From the NCBI RefSeq assembly GCF_006345805.1, contig NC_043015.1, positions 29,016,001 through 29,080,000 on the forward strand: a stretch of 64,000 nucleotides of DNA, written 5' to 3'. Below the pieces are notes generated by a model. That model searched no databases, was not told the origin of the DNA, and saw only the letters and a program-made list of their open reading frames with translations. Within the stretch, counting starts at the first letter, position 1; each line of letters opens with the position of its first letter. Both the position numbers and the translations under genes were made by a program. The stretch comes from Octopus sinensis. Taxonomy: Eukaryota. This document shows, in pieces, positions 1 to 11,441 of the stretch.

Positions 1-327
1 AACTATTAGTTCTGCGGGGAAGAAAGGTAAAATTCATTTCGGCAGGATATGAACTCAGAGAGTAAAAAGCCAGAACAAATATCACAGCTCAAGGCCAACC
101 AGTGACTCGAAAGTCAATTTGGTAGAAAACTGCATGCATGCATGACTATACGTATATGTGTATTCGTTCATGTGTGACTATGTGATTGCTTGTATTTGCA
201 CTTTTCAGAAAATTGCTAACCTACAAGTGATTTACATAGTTGTCACGTTCCTCTGAATTTTCAAAGGTATGTGGAATAAAAGATTCCTTACTCGATAGAC
301 GAAAACTATGCTTGTATGTATGTATGT

Positions 328-1232
328 ATGAAGGATTCAAGGATGCCAAAACAACTCTTTTATGGAGAGTTAGCTAAAGGAGAACGACCTCCACATAAAC
401 CAAAAAAGAGGTGTAAGGACTTGCTGAAGGTTTCCTTAACCCTTTTTGTTACCAACCCGGCTGAAACCGGCTCTGGCTTTGTAGTACAAATGTCTTGTTT
501 TTAAAAGTTTTGAATTAAAATCTTCCACCAAACCTTTAGTCACAATTTATGTTCCTAACACTAGCTTAATTATAACTAAGTTATTTTATTAAATACTTTG
601 TTATACTTAAAATAATTGAAAGAAACACAGAGAATCTCAAAATAAATACAGTAACGAAAGGGTTAAGAGATACTTGCATCTCTCCTGACACATGGGAAGG
701 CATAGCTATTGATCGTAGCAGGTGGAGAAGGATTGTGCACGAGGGGACAGCCACATTTGAGAAATCTTGAGTTGCACATGAGAAAGTAAGGAGGGATGTC
801 AGGAAGGGCATCGCTGTTACACTTCCAGAAGGGAAGGGTCTTCTTTTGATGCTGATATGCAATGTCTGTGCAAGACCCTGCCTCAGTAAAGCTGGACTCA
901 AGAGTCATCTTCGTAGTCATAAAGCGAGACAGATGAGTGACAACCTGGCCACTGGTGGTGGTGTAACACACCATACTAATCATATCTGTCGGGCATGTGG
1001 AAGAGAGTGTAGTTCGGCTGGAGGACTTAAACGACATGCAAAGGTACATGAAACCCAGTTACAACTACAACCGGTTATTACCGGTAAAGGTTTTAGTTGC
1101 CAATTCTGCACAAGACATTGTAGATCTTTAGCTCGGCTAAAAAGTCACATTCGATCACAGCACCAGTAACAGTTAAGCTTTGTGCAATGGCCATACTGAT
1201 AACGAGGGGTATGTATGTGTATATGTATGCAT
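328..1232 (+). mobile_element. 5'-truncated RTE-clade LINE 3' end encoding three C2H2 zinc fingers, with (TATG)n tail; interrupted by a TTAA MITE
   Basis: MKDSRMPKQLFYGELAKGERPPHKPKKRCKDLLKVSL is the typical RTE post-RT region. Removing 440-666 rejoins the frame (KVSL-RDTCISPDTWEGIAIDRSRWRRIV). One TGA at 768-770, then three CX2CX12HX3-4H fingers (ORF 846-1169). A second copy of the 3' end is at 51171-51403. Confidence 0.88.
436..666. mobile_element. piggyBac-like MITE (family 1)
   Basis: TTAA at 436-439 and 663-666, CCCTTT...AAAGGG termini, related copies at 8501-8729 and 18616-18847. Confidence 0.88.
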
Positions 1233-1383
1233 GTCTGTGTGATTAGCTCACATTTGCACTTCTCTGAAAATTGATTACCTACAAGTGAATTACACAGTTG
1301 TTATGTTCCTATGTATTTTCAAACAGGTGTGTGGAATAAAAGACTCCTTACTTGAAAAACAAAACAAAAAAAAAAAACCAGCT

Positions 1384-1995
1384 AGGCGCAGGAGTGGCTG
1401 TGTGGTAAGTAGCTTGTTTACCAACCACATGGTTCCGGGTTCAGTCCCACTGCATGGCACCTTGGGCAAGTGTCTTCTACTATAGCCGACCAAAGCCTTG
1501 TGAGTAGATTTGGTAGACGGAAACTGAAAGAAGCCCGTCGTATATATGTATATATATATATGCGTGTGTGTGTTTGTCCCCCTAGCTTGCTTGACAACCG
1601 ATGCTGGTGTGTTTATGTCCCCATTACTTAGCGGTTCGGCAAAAGAGACTGATAGAATAAGTACTGGTTCTTACAAAAGAATAAGTCCCGGGGTCGAGTT
1701 GCTCGATTAAAGGCGGTGCTCTAGCATGGCCGCAGTCAAATGACTGAAACAAGTAAAAGAGTATATATATATATATAAATATATATGCGTGTGTGTGTCT
1801 GTGTTTGTCCCCCTAGCATTGCTTGACAACCGATGCTGGTGTGTTTATGTCCCCATTACTTAGCGGTTCGGCAAAAGAGACTGATAGAATAAGTACTGGT
1901 TCTTACAAAAGAATAAGTCCCGGGGTCGAGTTGCTCGATTAAAGGCGGTGCTCTAGCATGGCCGCAGTCAAATGACTGAAACAAGTAAAAGAGTA
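1384..1995 (+). mobile_element. tRNA-derived SINE (family A) with tandemly duplicated 3' half
   Basis: A-box-like GTGGCTGTGTGGTAAG, B-box-like GGTTCAGTCCC, central TA/TG tract, GAGTAAAA tail; 3' half repeated at about 1770-1995. Confidence 0.85.
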
Positions 1996-2761
1996 AAAAA
2001 AAAAAAAAAAAAAAAAAAAAACCCCAGCTAAGGGTTAGCAACAGGAAGGGCACCCAGTTGTAAAACAATGCTTCGATAATATATTCATCTAACACATACT
2101 AGCAGGGGAAAAAAAAACAAGACTTAAGAAAACCCCAAAAAAGAATAAATAAATAAATAAATAACACTCATGTTGCCAGTTTAGTTAATATTACCGATAG
2201 ATATTTGAGAAGATATGGCAGCTTTAATACATTCATACAATCTTGTGGCATTGAAAGATACAAGTATTTATGAAAATAGAGAAGAATATGTGAAAGTAAA
2301 ATCAATCTTTTACTATTTGATATTCTACAGCAATGTTATTCTTTCAGTCAGCCTTGGCAGAAATATGCCAAATGATTGTATTTCTTTTCCTTTCTAAAAA
2401 AAGTTCTATATTAAGAAAAAATTGCAGTAGGAAATTTGTTTTTTGGTAATGGAAACTTGGCAGTCCTATTCTTGGGATCTACATTTATCTTTTATCTCTT
2501 TTAATTTTTTTTTGCTTGTTTCACTCACTTGGCAGTGGCCATGCTGAGACACCTACCTTGAAGGGTTTCACTGAACAAATCAACCCAAATACTTATTTTT
2601 GAGTTACGTGTGCTACCTCCTATTCTGTTAGCCTCTATTGCCAGACTGGTACGTCACGGGGATGTAAACAAACTGACACCAGTTGTCAACCGAGAGTGGG
2701 GGACAAACACATGTACACACACACACACACACATACATAATGATCATCATCATTATACATG

Positions 2762-2969
2762 TAGGTGCAGGAGTGGCTGTGTGATAAGTAGCTTGCTTAC
2801 CAACCACATGGTTCCGGGTTCAGTCCCACTGCGTGGCACCTTGGGCTAGTGTCTTCTACTATAGCCTCGGGCCAACCAAAGCCTTGTGAGTGGATTTGGT
2901 AGACGGAAACTGAAAGAAGCCCATCGTATATATGTGTATGTGTGTGTATATATATATTTATATACACAG

Positions 2970-3044
<75 letters not shown>

Positions 3045-3180
3045 ATATATGTTTATGTGTGTGTGTTTATCGCCCCCAACATTGCTTAACAACTGATGAT
3101 GGTGTGTTTATGTCCCCGTCACTTAGCGGTTCGGCAAAAGAGACCGATAGAATAAGTACTAGGCTTACAAAGAATAAGTA
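2762..3180 (+). mobile_element. SINE family A, 3'-truncated
   Basis: Same head and body as 1384-1763. Confidence 0.85.
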
Positions 3181-3449
3181 TTTACTAAATTCATTCTGCC
3201 ACAGAAATAGCAAGGAAAAGCAATGTAATTATTTTGGCTGCCAGTACTGATGTAGGTCGCACTAAAAAAATGGTTTATTCTTTATGTTGGAAATCTATAT
3301 GGTTGGCTGCGTCCGAGGAGAACGGTTGATTTCAAATTGATGTAATGTTTTCATTGATCAATTGAATGGAGCTGATTGAAACGGCCGTAAGATACTGATA
3401 CCTGGACATCTTTGTTACTTATTTGCTTTTTATATATATGTATACTTTA

Positions 3450-3810
3450 TCTTTTTATATATAAACGACAAAATGTCTGCGTGTGTGTCCTTTATACAAA
3501 TCCACAATTTTTTAGTTAGAGGGCTCACACTTTCTATGGTCATCAAAACTGTCCAAGGGTGGTCGTGCACATCTTTACATTTCCCCAGTCACTCCACAAA
3601 GCCATTAAAAAATCAATAGAAGTGCCTTTTTGCTAAATTTTCTATCCAAAACCCAATCAAAATGCCCGAAACTTGATACGCCAATTGAATGCCAGCTAGA
3701 TGTATGTGATTGGTCGGAGATTTGGACAGTACTCGTGTGTATGTGCGCACACACAGAGCTGTATATGCATGCACTAGCACTATGACCCGGCGTTGCCAGG
3801 TCAGTGCTAG
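3450..3810 (+). mobile_element. Non-autonomous Helitron-like element (family H1)
   Basis: A|TC start, subterminal hairpin GCACTATGACCCGGC-GTT-GCCAGGTCAGTGC, CTAG|T end; second copy at 13760-14133. Confidence 0.8.
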
Positions 3811-3964
3811 TTATTATTAAAGCTACAAAAATATCACAAAAATCTGCTACTCAGAATTTCATGTTCCCATTCATCAGGCAGCTTAAATTAAAATTTTATG
3901 TGCTTACTTTGGTATATATATATATTATATATATATATATATATGTGTGTATATATATATATAT

Positions 3965-3965
<1 letters not shown>

Positions 3966-3997
<32 letters not shown>

Positions 3998-4520
3998 GTT
4001 TAGCGTCCGTTTTCCATGCTGGCATGGGTTGGACGGTTCTACTGGGGTCTGTGAAGCCAGAAGGCTTCATCAGGCCCAGTCAAATCTGGCAGTGTTTCTA
4101 CGGCTGGATGCCCTTCCTAACGCCAACCACTCCGTGAGTGTAGTGGGTGCTTTTTACGTGCCACCCGCACTGGTGCCAGACAGAGCTGGCAAACGGCCAC
4201 GAACGGATGGTGCTTTTTATGTGCCACCGGCACGAGGGCCAGGCGAGGCTGGCAACGGACACGAAACGGGGCGGTGCTGGCAACGGTCGCGAAACGGAAA
4301 GTTCTCTTACATGCCACCGGCACTGGTAACACATCTGCAATTTCCATTGATCGATTTCCATTGATCGATTTCGATTCTGATCCTCACTTGCCTCAACGGG
4401 TCTTCACAAGCAGAGTTTTGACATGCCACCGGCACTGGTAGCACATCCGCAATTTCCATTGATCGATTTCGATTCTGATATATTGATCGATTTCGATTCT
4501 GATATATTGATCGATTTCGA
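3966..4520 (-). mobile_element. 3' UTR of a (GAT)n-tailed RTE-like LINE family
   Basis: GGTTGGCGTTAGGAAGGGCATCCAGC block and (GAT)n tail on the minus strand. The same UTR follows a LINE ORF end at 20845-21545. Confidence 0.75.
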
Positions 4521-4589
4521 TATATATATATATATATATGTGTATATATATTTTCTATTTTGGATATATTTGGGGTACTTAGGTCTGCT

Positions 4590-4940
4590 CAGGACTTGGT
4601 GTTTGCTTTTTCCGTGGGTATGAGTAAGTACTTCACTTATATCTCGCGTATTTGCCGCTGAAGAGGGGAAATTTTATGAATTAACCCCGAAATTGGTCCA
4701 ATACGGTAATACCGAATTTTTTAGAAATTTCTATCAGTTTGTTTTGAGACGCATAAATTATAATGGTTAATTGACAATTTTTGTCTTTTTTTCAGCATAT
4801 TTGGCATTAGAATTTTTCTATTGCCCTTATATTGTAAATTATTTATAAATTTAACCTTTAAAGGTATTTTTTGATATGCTGGCCACTGATGAAATTTTTT
4901 TCCCGAAAAAAAAAAAAATTTTCCTACATTAGTTATATGT
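4590..4940 (+). mobile_element. ~350-bp (TA)n-associated repeat containing a hammerhead ribozyme (Penelope-like terminal repeat or retrozyme candidate)
   Basis: Closely similar second copy at 52010-52357; both end next to (TA)n. Confidence 0.7.
4648..4712 (+). ncRNA. Type I hammerhead ribozyme motif
   Basis: Stem I GTATTTGCCG/CGGTAATAC, CTGAAGA (4658-4664), stem II GGGG/CCCC, GAAA (4689-4692), palindromic stem III TTGG-T-CCAA, predicted cleavage after A4703. Confidence 0.8.
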
Positions 4941-4954
4941 GCGTATATATATAT

Positions 4955-5340
4955 TACTCTTTTACTTGTTTCAGTCATTTGACTGTGGCCATGCTGGAGC
5001 ACCGCCTTTAATCGAGCAACTCGACTCCGGGACTTATTCTTTTGTAAGCCCAGTACTTATTCTATCGGTCGCTTTTGCCGAGCCGCTAAGTAACGGGGAC
5101 ATAAACACACCAGCATCGGTTGTCAAGCAATGCTAGGGGGACAAACACAGACACACACACACATATACATATATACGACAGGCTTCTTTCAGTTTCCGTC
5201 TACCAAATCCACTCACAAGGCATTGGTCGGCCCGGGGCTATAGCAGAAGACACTTGCCCAAGGTGCCACGCAGTGGGATTGAACCCGGAACCATGTGGTT
5301 GGTAAAAAAAGCTACTTACCACACAGCCACTCCTGCGCCT
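4955..5340 (-). mobile_element. SINE family A, full length
   Basis: Reverse complement of the family A consensus, inserted in a TA tract. Confidence 0.88.
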
Positions 5341-5399
<59 letters not shown>

Positions 5400-5771
5400 A
5401 AATAAGTAAAGGTAAGATCCAAGGATCAATGTGTAAGCTTTGAACAGCCTATAGAAGGTATAAAAAAACTTTCAGGAACAATCATTATTTATTGACATAG
5501 AAGGTTGCAAGTTTTTCCAATATTGAGGTTCAATACACTGAATAACTTGTTTTAGCCTACAGCTAGCAGCAGGTGTTGGTGTGTGCGAATAGAAATCCAA
5601 GTTAACATGGGATCCCTTCATAATGATGTTTACTTCTTTTGATTAAGGTATCTTTGGCCTGACAAGTAGCTAGCGGATTACCCTTTGCTTGGATAATTAC
5701 TACTTCCGGGGTTCTGCTAGCTATGAAACATATGTAGCCTTGATTTTATCTACATCATTCCCTAACTTTGG

Positions 5772-5836
<65 letters not shown>

Positions 5837-5842
5837 ATATAT

Positions 5843-6260
5843 GTATATAAAGGCTAGTGATGGGAGCGATGACCTCCCTTGCAAATGTTATATGGATACA
5901 AACTGTGTTTCGATAGCCAGCTGGAAAAAATGTTTCCCTGGGGTTATAACAACAGTAATATCATCCTGTATAGGACTGCCAAATTCTGTTGGCATATTTT
6001 TGTATTCTTATTCATTTATCATTATTGTTTTTACGTATTTTTGTATTTTATTCGTGTAACATTGTCCGTTTTTCCGTCCTTGTTTTGTATACATTCGAGG
6101 CTTTCTTCCAAGGAATCTAATGCGCTTGGCTTAGATTTTCCTTTGGGGCTGGCCAGATCGGAGCAATCTCAAGATTAATCAGCTGAAATTGTGAGGATGA
6201 TCCGGTTCTTGACTGAAGATTGAAGGCTTTGAATGTCCCGTTCGTGCTTTTTGTATCATC
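5843..6260. repeat. Unclassified interspersed repeat next to (TA)n
   Basis: 6040-6190 matches about 43430-43575 (AAGGAATCTAATGC...GCTGGCCAGAT.GGAGCAATCTCAAG). Confidence 0.55.
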
Positions 6261-6994
6261 TTCTAAATGTTTTGCGTCCCAGTTTGTATTTTTCTACATA
6301 TATATATATAGACACATAAGTGTGTGACAGTGTGTGTACACTTATACAGCAGGTTTCACAATGTTTTTGTCCACCAAATCTCCTTATAAGGTATTGGTTG
6401 GCCAGAGCTATTGTAGAAGATACTTGCCCAAGGTGTTGCTCAGTGGGATTGAACCTAAAAACACATGGTTGAGAAGTAAACTTTATAACCACACAGTCAT
6501 GCTTTTGTTCTTTAATATCTCGCACTAAGGCCTTAACATTGGATAAATAATTTTGCAATGCAATGCAAAGTTGCAGATACCAAAATATTGTTGCTCATGA
6601 AAACACAGACTGAACGTTTGTGATTTATTAATGGTTTTTGTAAATGCCAGAATTAGAGGAAATTACTTTGCATAGTGAATGGTAATATTGAGTCAGAAGA
6701 CTCTAACAAATTCAAAGAAAATATACACATGTATATAAAAAAAAAAAAAAAAACTAAACCATAGTGCACCTTTAATGTTCCTCATAATAATTTTTTTATA
6801 ATCAATGAAATTCCTCTGAATGAAACAAGTCTGTAACTGAAATCACCAGAACTTGTTCCATTCATTAAACCATTTTTTGAAAAAAATTCAAGCTTCTCAG
6901 TAATATAATAAAAGCTTCAGTTATGATTCTATGCCGAAGGCAGTTAGAAATGTGTTTCAAGATATTACTCTCCTCTCCAGTATTCCTCTCCTAT

Positions 6995-7383
6995 CGCAGG
7001 AGTGGCTGTGTGGTAAGTAGCTTGCTAACCAACCACATGGTTCCGGGTTCAGTCCCACTGCGTGGCATCTTGGGCAAGTGTCTTCTGCTATAGCCCCGGG
7101 CCGACCAATGCCTTGTGAGTGGATTTGGTAGATGGAAACTGAAAGAAGCCCGTCGTATATATGTATATATATATATGTGTATGTGTGTGTGTTTGTCCCC
7201 CTAGCATTGCTTGACAACCGATGCTGGTGTGTTTACGTCCCCGTCACTTAGCGGTTCGGCAAAAGAGACCGATAGAATAAGTACTGGGCTTACAAAGAAT
7301 AAGTCCCGGGGCCGATTTGCTCGACTAAAGGCGGTGCTCCAACATGGCTGCAGTCAAATGACTGAAACAAGTAAAAGAGAGTA
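6995..7383 (+). mobile_element. SINE family A, full length
   Basis: Head, body and GTAAAAGAGAGTA tail. Confidence 0.88.
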
Positions 7384-7623
7384 TCACCCTCTCTTTCTCC
7401 ATTACGCTGCTTGTACTGATTCTATTCAATCTAATTACCAACAACCATCAGGTAGCTCCCCCTCTCTCTCTCCCCACCTCTCACTAAACTAAGTTTAACC
7501 CACCCACTTTATATAACGGATAAAGATCCTTACCCAAGTCACATAGACTCAAAAGGGCCAGTTTCATGGTTTCTGTGGTATATATATTCCCCACCTGGAC
7601 AGGATGCCAGTCCATCGAAGGAT

Positions 7624-7816
7624 TATTCTTTTATTTGTTTCAGTCACTTGACTGCGGCCATGCTGGAGCACTGCCTTTAGTTGAGCAAATCAACCCCAAG
7701 ACTTATTCTTTGTAAGCCTAGTACTTAAAGACGGGGACGTAAACACACCAGCATTGGTTGTCAAGCGATGTTGGGGGAACAAACACAAACACACAAACAT
7801 ATACATACACACACAC

Positions 7817-7872
<56 letters not shown>

Positions 7873-8032
7873 CAGGCTTCTTTCTGTTTCCGTCTACCAA
7901 ATCCACTCACAAGGCTTTGGTCGGCTTGAGACTATAGTAGAAGACACTTGCCCAAGGTGCCACGCAGTGGGACTGAACCCGGAACCATGTGGTTGGTAAG
8001 AAAACTACTTACCACACAGCCACTCCTGTGCC
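7624..8032 (-). mobile_element. SINE family A with internal deletion
   Basis: Reverse-strand match to family A. Confidence 0.8.
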
Positions 8033-8297
8033 TATTACTCATTTTTGCTAGCTAAGTGGGCTGAAGCAACATAAAACGAAGTGTTTTGTTGAAAAACACA
8101 AATGTGTTGCCTGATCCAGGAATCAAAACCACAATCTTATAATCCTGAGTCCAACACCCTAAAATATTCCAGCACTTTCCACTTTCTTTCCAAGCTTAGC
8201 TTTGATGATCACTTCTACTTTCACCCACTAACGACCCCTTATTAGTTGACTAACATTTTGAGATTACTCTGCCAACAGAAAGACATAGTCCACACCC

Positions 8298-8738
8298 TTA
8301 ACTGTTTGGCGTTTAAACTGGCCGTATGTAGCCCTAATATTCTACCCGTCTTATTTTCAGACTGGCCTCTCAAACCTATCTCACAATGTATTCTGAAAAT
8401 AAACAATAACATTACTGAATCGCCAAGTCAAAGATAAAGCAGGATTAATTCAGAAGAATATGAATAAATAAGCATTACATTTGACAGATTAATTTGAATG
8501 TAAACCCTTTTGTTACAAACCCGGCTGAAACTGGCTTTGGCTCTGTAGTACAAATGTTTTGTTTTCATAAGTTTTGAATTAAAATCTTCCACCAAACTTA
8601 GTCATAATTTATGATCCTCACACTAGCTTAATGGTAACTAAGTTATGTTACTAAAAATCTTTGTTATATTAAAGTAAATTAAAGAAAACACAGAGCATCT
8701 CAAAATAAATACAGTAATGAAAGGGTTAAAGGATTAAC
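8298..8738. mobile_element. piggyBac-like MITE family 2 with a family 1 MITE (8501-8729) nested in its right terminus
   Basis: 8298-8500 matches the 48262-48490 MITE; family 1 termini CCCTTTTGTTAC...AAAGGG-TTAA; residual AGGATTAA follows. Confidence 0.7.
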
Positions 8739-10543
8739 AATTCTCCTTTGAAACGTTTAACTCTTTGCACATCTTGAACAACATCACGCTAGGCAATCTA
8801 CAAATAGGCATTGGTCTATCCATTACACTGTACCGCCTACCCCCACTCACTACATTAAGAATCCTATTGACCACCCTTATGTCTCAAACAGGTTTTCTAG
8901 TTAACTCTCTCTACCCCTCTCTCTCCCCTTCATTTTTTGTTATTCACTCATTCTCATTTAATGTTATTTTTTAATTGTTTGTTTATTCATATGTTTCGTC
9001 TCATTTGATACCCTGACCCCAATGTTTGTTTTGTCCTCTCTTTTTCTCAACCTTATGGTGAATAAAGAAATACTCTCTCTCTCTCTCTCTTCCACTGCCC
9101 CCATTTCCAATTCTTGTAAATAGTTAAACTCATAAACTTGTAACCACACTTAGAAGAAACGACCCTTGGTTAAAAATTATATGTCGTAATAAACTGATTT
9201 TTTTATAAGATATACAAAATAAATATTTAACTCTACAATTTGTATTGAGATCTCTATCGATAATGATTCAACTGGCGTTAACGCATCTCTAAACACGTTA
9301 ACCACCTATGCATAAAACACATAGATAAGAAATAGAAAGTCCTTGGAACAGTATTATATTTTTGAAAGAAATAGAAACGGCTTTCCTGTTAATTTTTCTA
9401 CTTAAAAAAATTAGATGTTTATAAAATCATTAGGTATTCACACACACGTTTATACACACATACACACCTACATGTATATAGACACATGTATCCCAAGTCA
9501 TGGAGTACATAGCAATGTGCTCTATTTCTTTTTCAAGACAAGACTTCTAAGAACATTCTACACATATGTAGTGTATGTATGCACACAACAACACACACAC
9601 ACATGCATATATATACATATATAAGCAGGATATTGACAATATGACAGCTAGTTCTACATATTCATTATAATCCTATGAATTCGGTATTCTCAACTAAATT
9701 ATGTTACCTCCTCTCAAAAGAAACTGATAATCCATTGTTATTGATTCACGAATGAGTGAATTAACATTCTGGGCATTTCATTACATCTGTGCTGGTCTAT
9801 AGACACACACAAAAAAAAAAATATATAAAAATCTGACATATGTATACACGTAAACAAATAAAATATATATATATATATGATGAAAAAAAAAAGGTAAATA
9901 AAAAGGTCAATGGAATAACTATCTTTGAAGGCATCAATCCAAGGAAGAGGAAAGAAGAAAGAGTGAGATTTCTTCTTGATAGTAAAGAAGCATGCGTTTC
10001 TCCTTCATTCCACACAGTACTGATTTAAAGTGACACAGAGCTTTCCATGGAGATATAAGATGAAAAAAAAGAAATGAAACCAGAAATTATATACCATAAC
10101 GAGAGAGAGATGGGGAGGAAGGAGAGATAGGGAGACGAGAGAGAGAGAGAGAGAACAATTTAGAAATGAATTTAATATAAATATATCTCAGCTAGATTTT
10201 GGTATCAATAAATGAGGCTCCTTATTTGGAATAAGTGATGTGATTATTGCCAAGTATAGAGAGAGCTGAGTTCCTGGAGAGATGATGCTGGAGCTACGAG
10301 TTGGAATCCAGTTCTTAGTTCCTGCTTTTTTTTTTTTTTTTTTTTTTTGCTTCACTTACTTTTGTCAATACTACCAAGAAAAAGAGTAAACATCAAGCAC
10401 TACACACGTTTCCACATGCGTGAAAATCCAAGGTCTTGTGCTAAAGTAAGGAAGCAATAATAAGTACAGGATGTTCGTTATTATCAGCACTACTACATCA
10501 CCAAAAACTGAGTGTTTGGGGTTTTCTTTTGCGCTACATTCCT

Positions 10544-10909
10544 GGCGCAATGGCCCAGTGGTTAGGGCAGCGGACTCGCAGTCGTAGGATCACGGTTTCG
10601 ATTCCCAGAGTGTTTATTGAGCGAAAACACCTAAAAGTTCCACGAGGCTCCGGCAGGGGATGGCGGTGATCCCTGCTGTACTCTTTCACCACAACTTTCT
10701 CTCACTCTTACTTCCAGTTTCCGTTGTACCTGCATTTCAAAGGGCCGGCCTTGTCACTCTCTGTGTCACGCTGAATATCCCCGAGAACTACGTTAAGGGT
10801 ACACGTGTCTGTGGAGTGCTCAGCCACTTGCACGTTAATTTCACGAGCAGGCTGTTCTGTTGATCGGATCAACCGGAACCCTCGTCGTCGTAACCGACGG
10901 AGTGCTTCC
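10544..10909 (+). mobile_element. tRNA-derived SINE (family C)
   Basis: TGGCCCAGTGGTTAG A box, GGTTTCGATTCCC B box; direct repeat ACATTCCT(GGC) at 10536 and 10910. Confidence 0.85.
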
Positions 10910-11305
10910 ACATTCCTGGCAATAACGTCTGTTAATACCCTTTTTGTAGACCATATATTTATATGATAAAAAAAAAAAAAACAGTGAACAAGTGACTTTT
11001 CCAGCAAACAAGGAAGCCGCTTTGTAGTTGCTTAACCTGCTAAAAATAGTAGCCAAAATAGCCTTGCTGCTTTACAAAATAAAGAACATGTTGGATGTGT
11101 AGTTCTTGATTAACTATATCAGAGAAATAAGACAGGTGGGAAGGTTATGGCAGGAATGCCTTTAATCATAGATCTGCTCAACCGAGGCTGACTTGGGATT
11201 AAACAACTGTTCACACAATCTACTTGGAAGTCAGTCTGAAGGACAAGAAATATTTTAAAGTCTTACAATTTAATTTTCAAGGATCACAACAAACTAATCA
11301 ATTGA

Positions 11306-11441
11306 TTGACCTTTAGCACACTTAGACATATTGTATCACAGTGGAGTTTTCTCCCCTGTAGTTGCAGATGCATTGTGTCACACTGAGAGGGGAAAAAACT
11401 CATCCGGCAACATGATGCACCTCCAGCATGCTAAAGGTTAA
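11306..11441. mobile_element. Short TTAA-type MITE
   Basis: Inverted termini TTGACCTTTAGCA ... TGCTAAAGGTTAA. Confidence 0.55.

Noticed and set aside
846-1169. Stand-alone host C2H2 zinc-finger gene
   Set aside because: In frame with upstream RTE sequence, ends in the element's tail, and is repeated at 51201-51403
130-1350. LTR-like direct repeats (about 170-300 and 1230-1350) around the RTE fragment
   Set aside because: The copies are clearly diverged, lack TG...CA ends, and look like independent SINE-tail remnants
10544-10625. tRNA gene (also the heads of SINE families A, B and D)
   Set aside because: A and B boxes are present, but there is no complete cloverleaf and the heads continue into repeated SINE bodies
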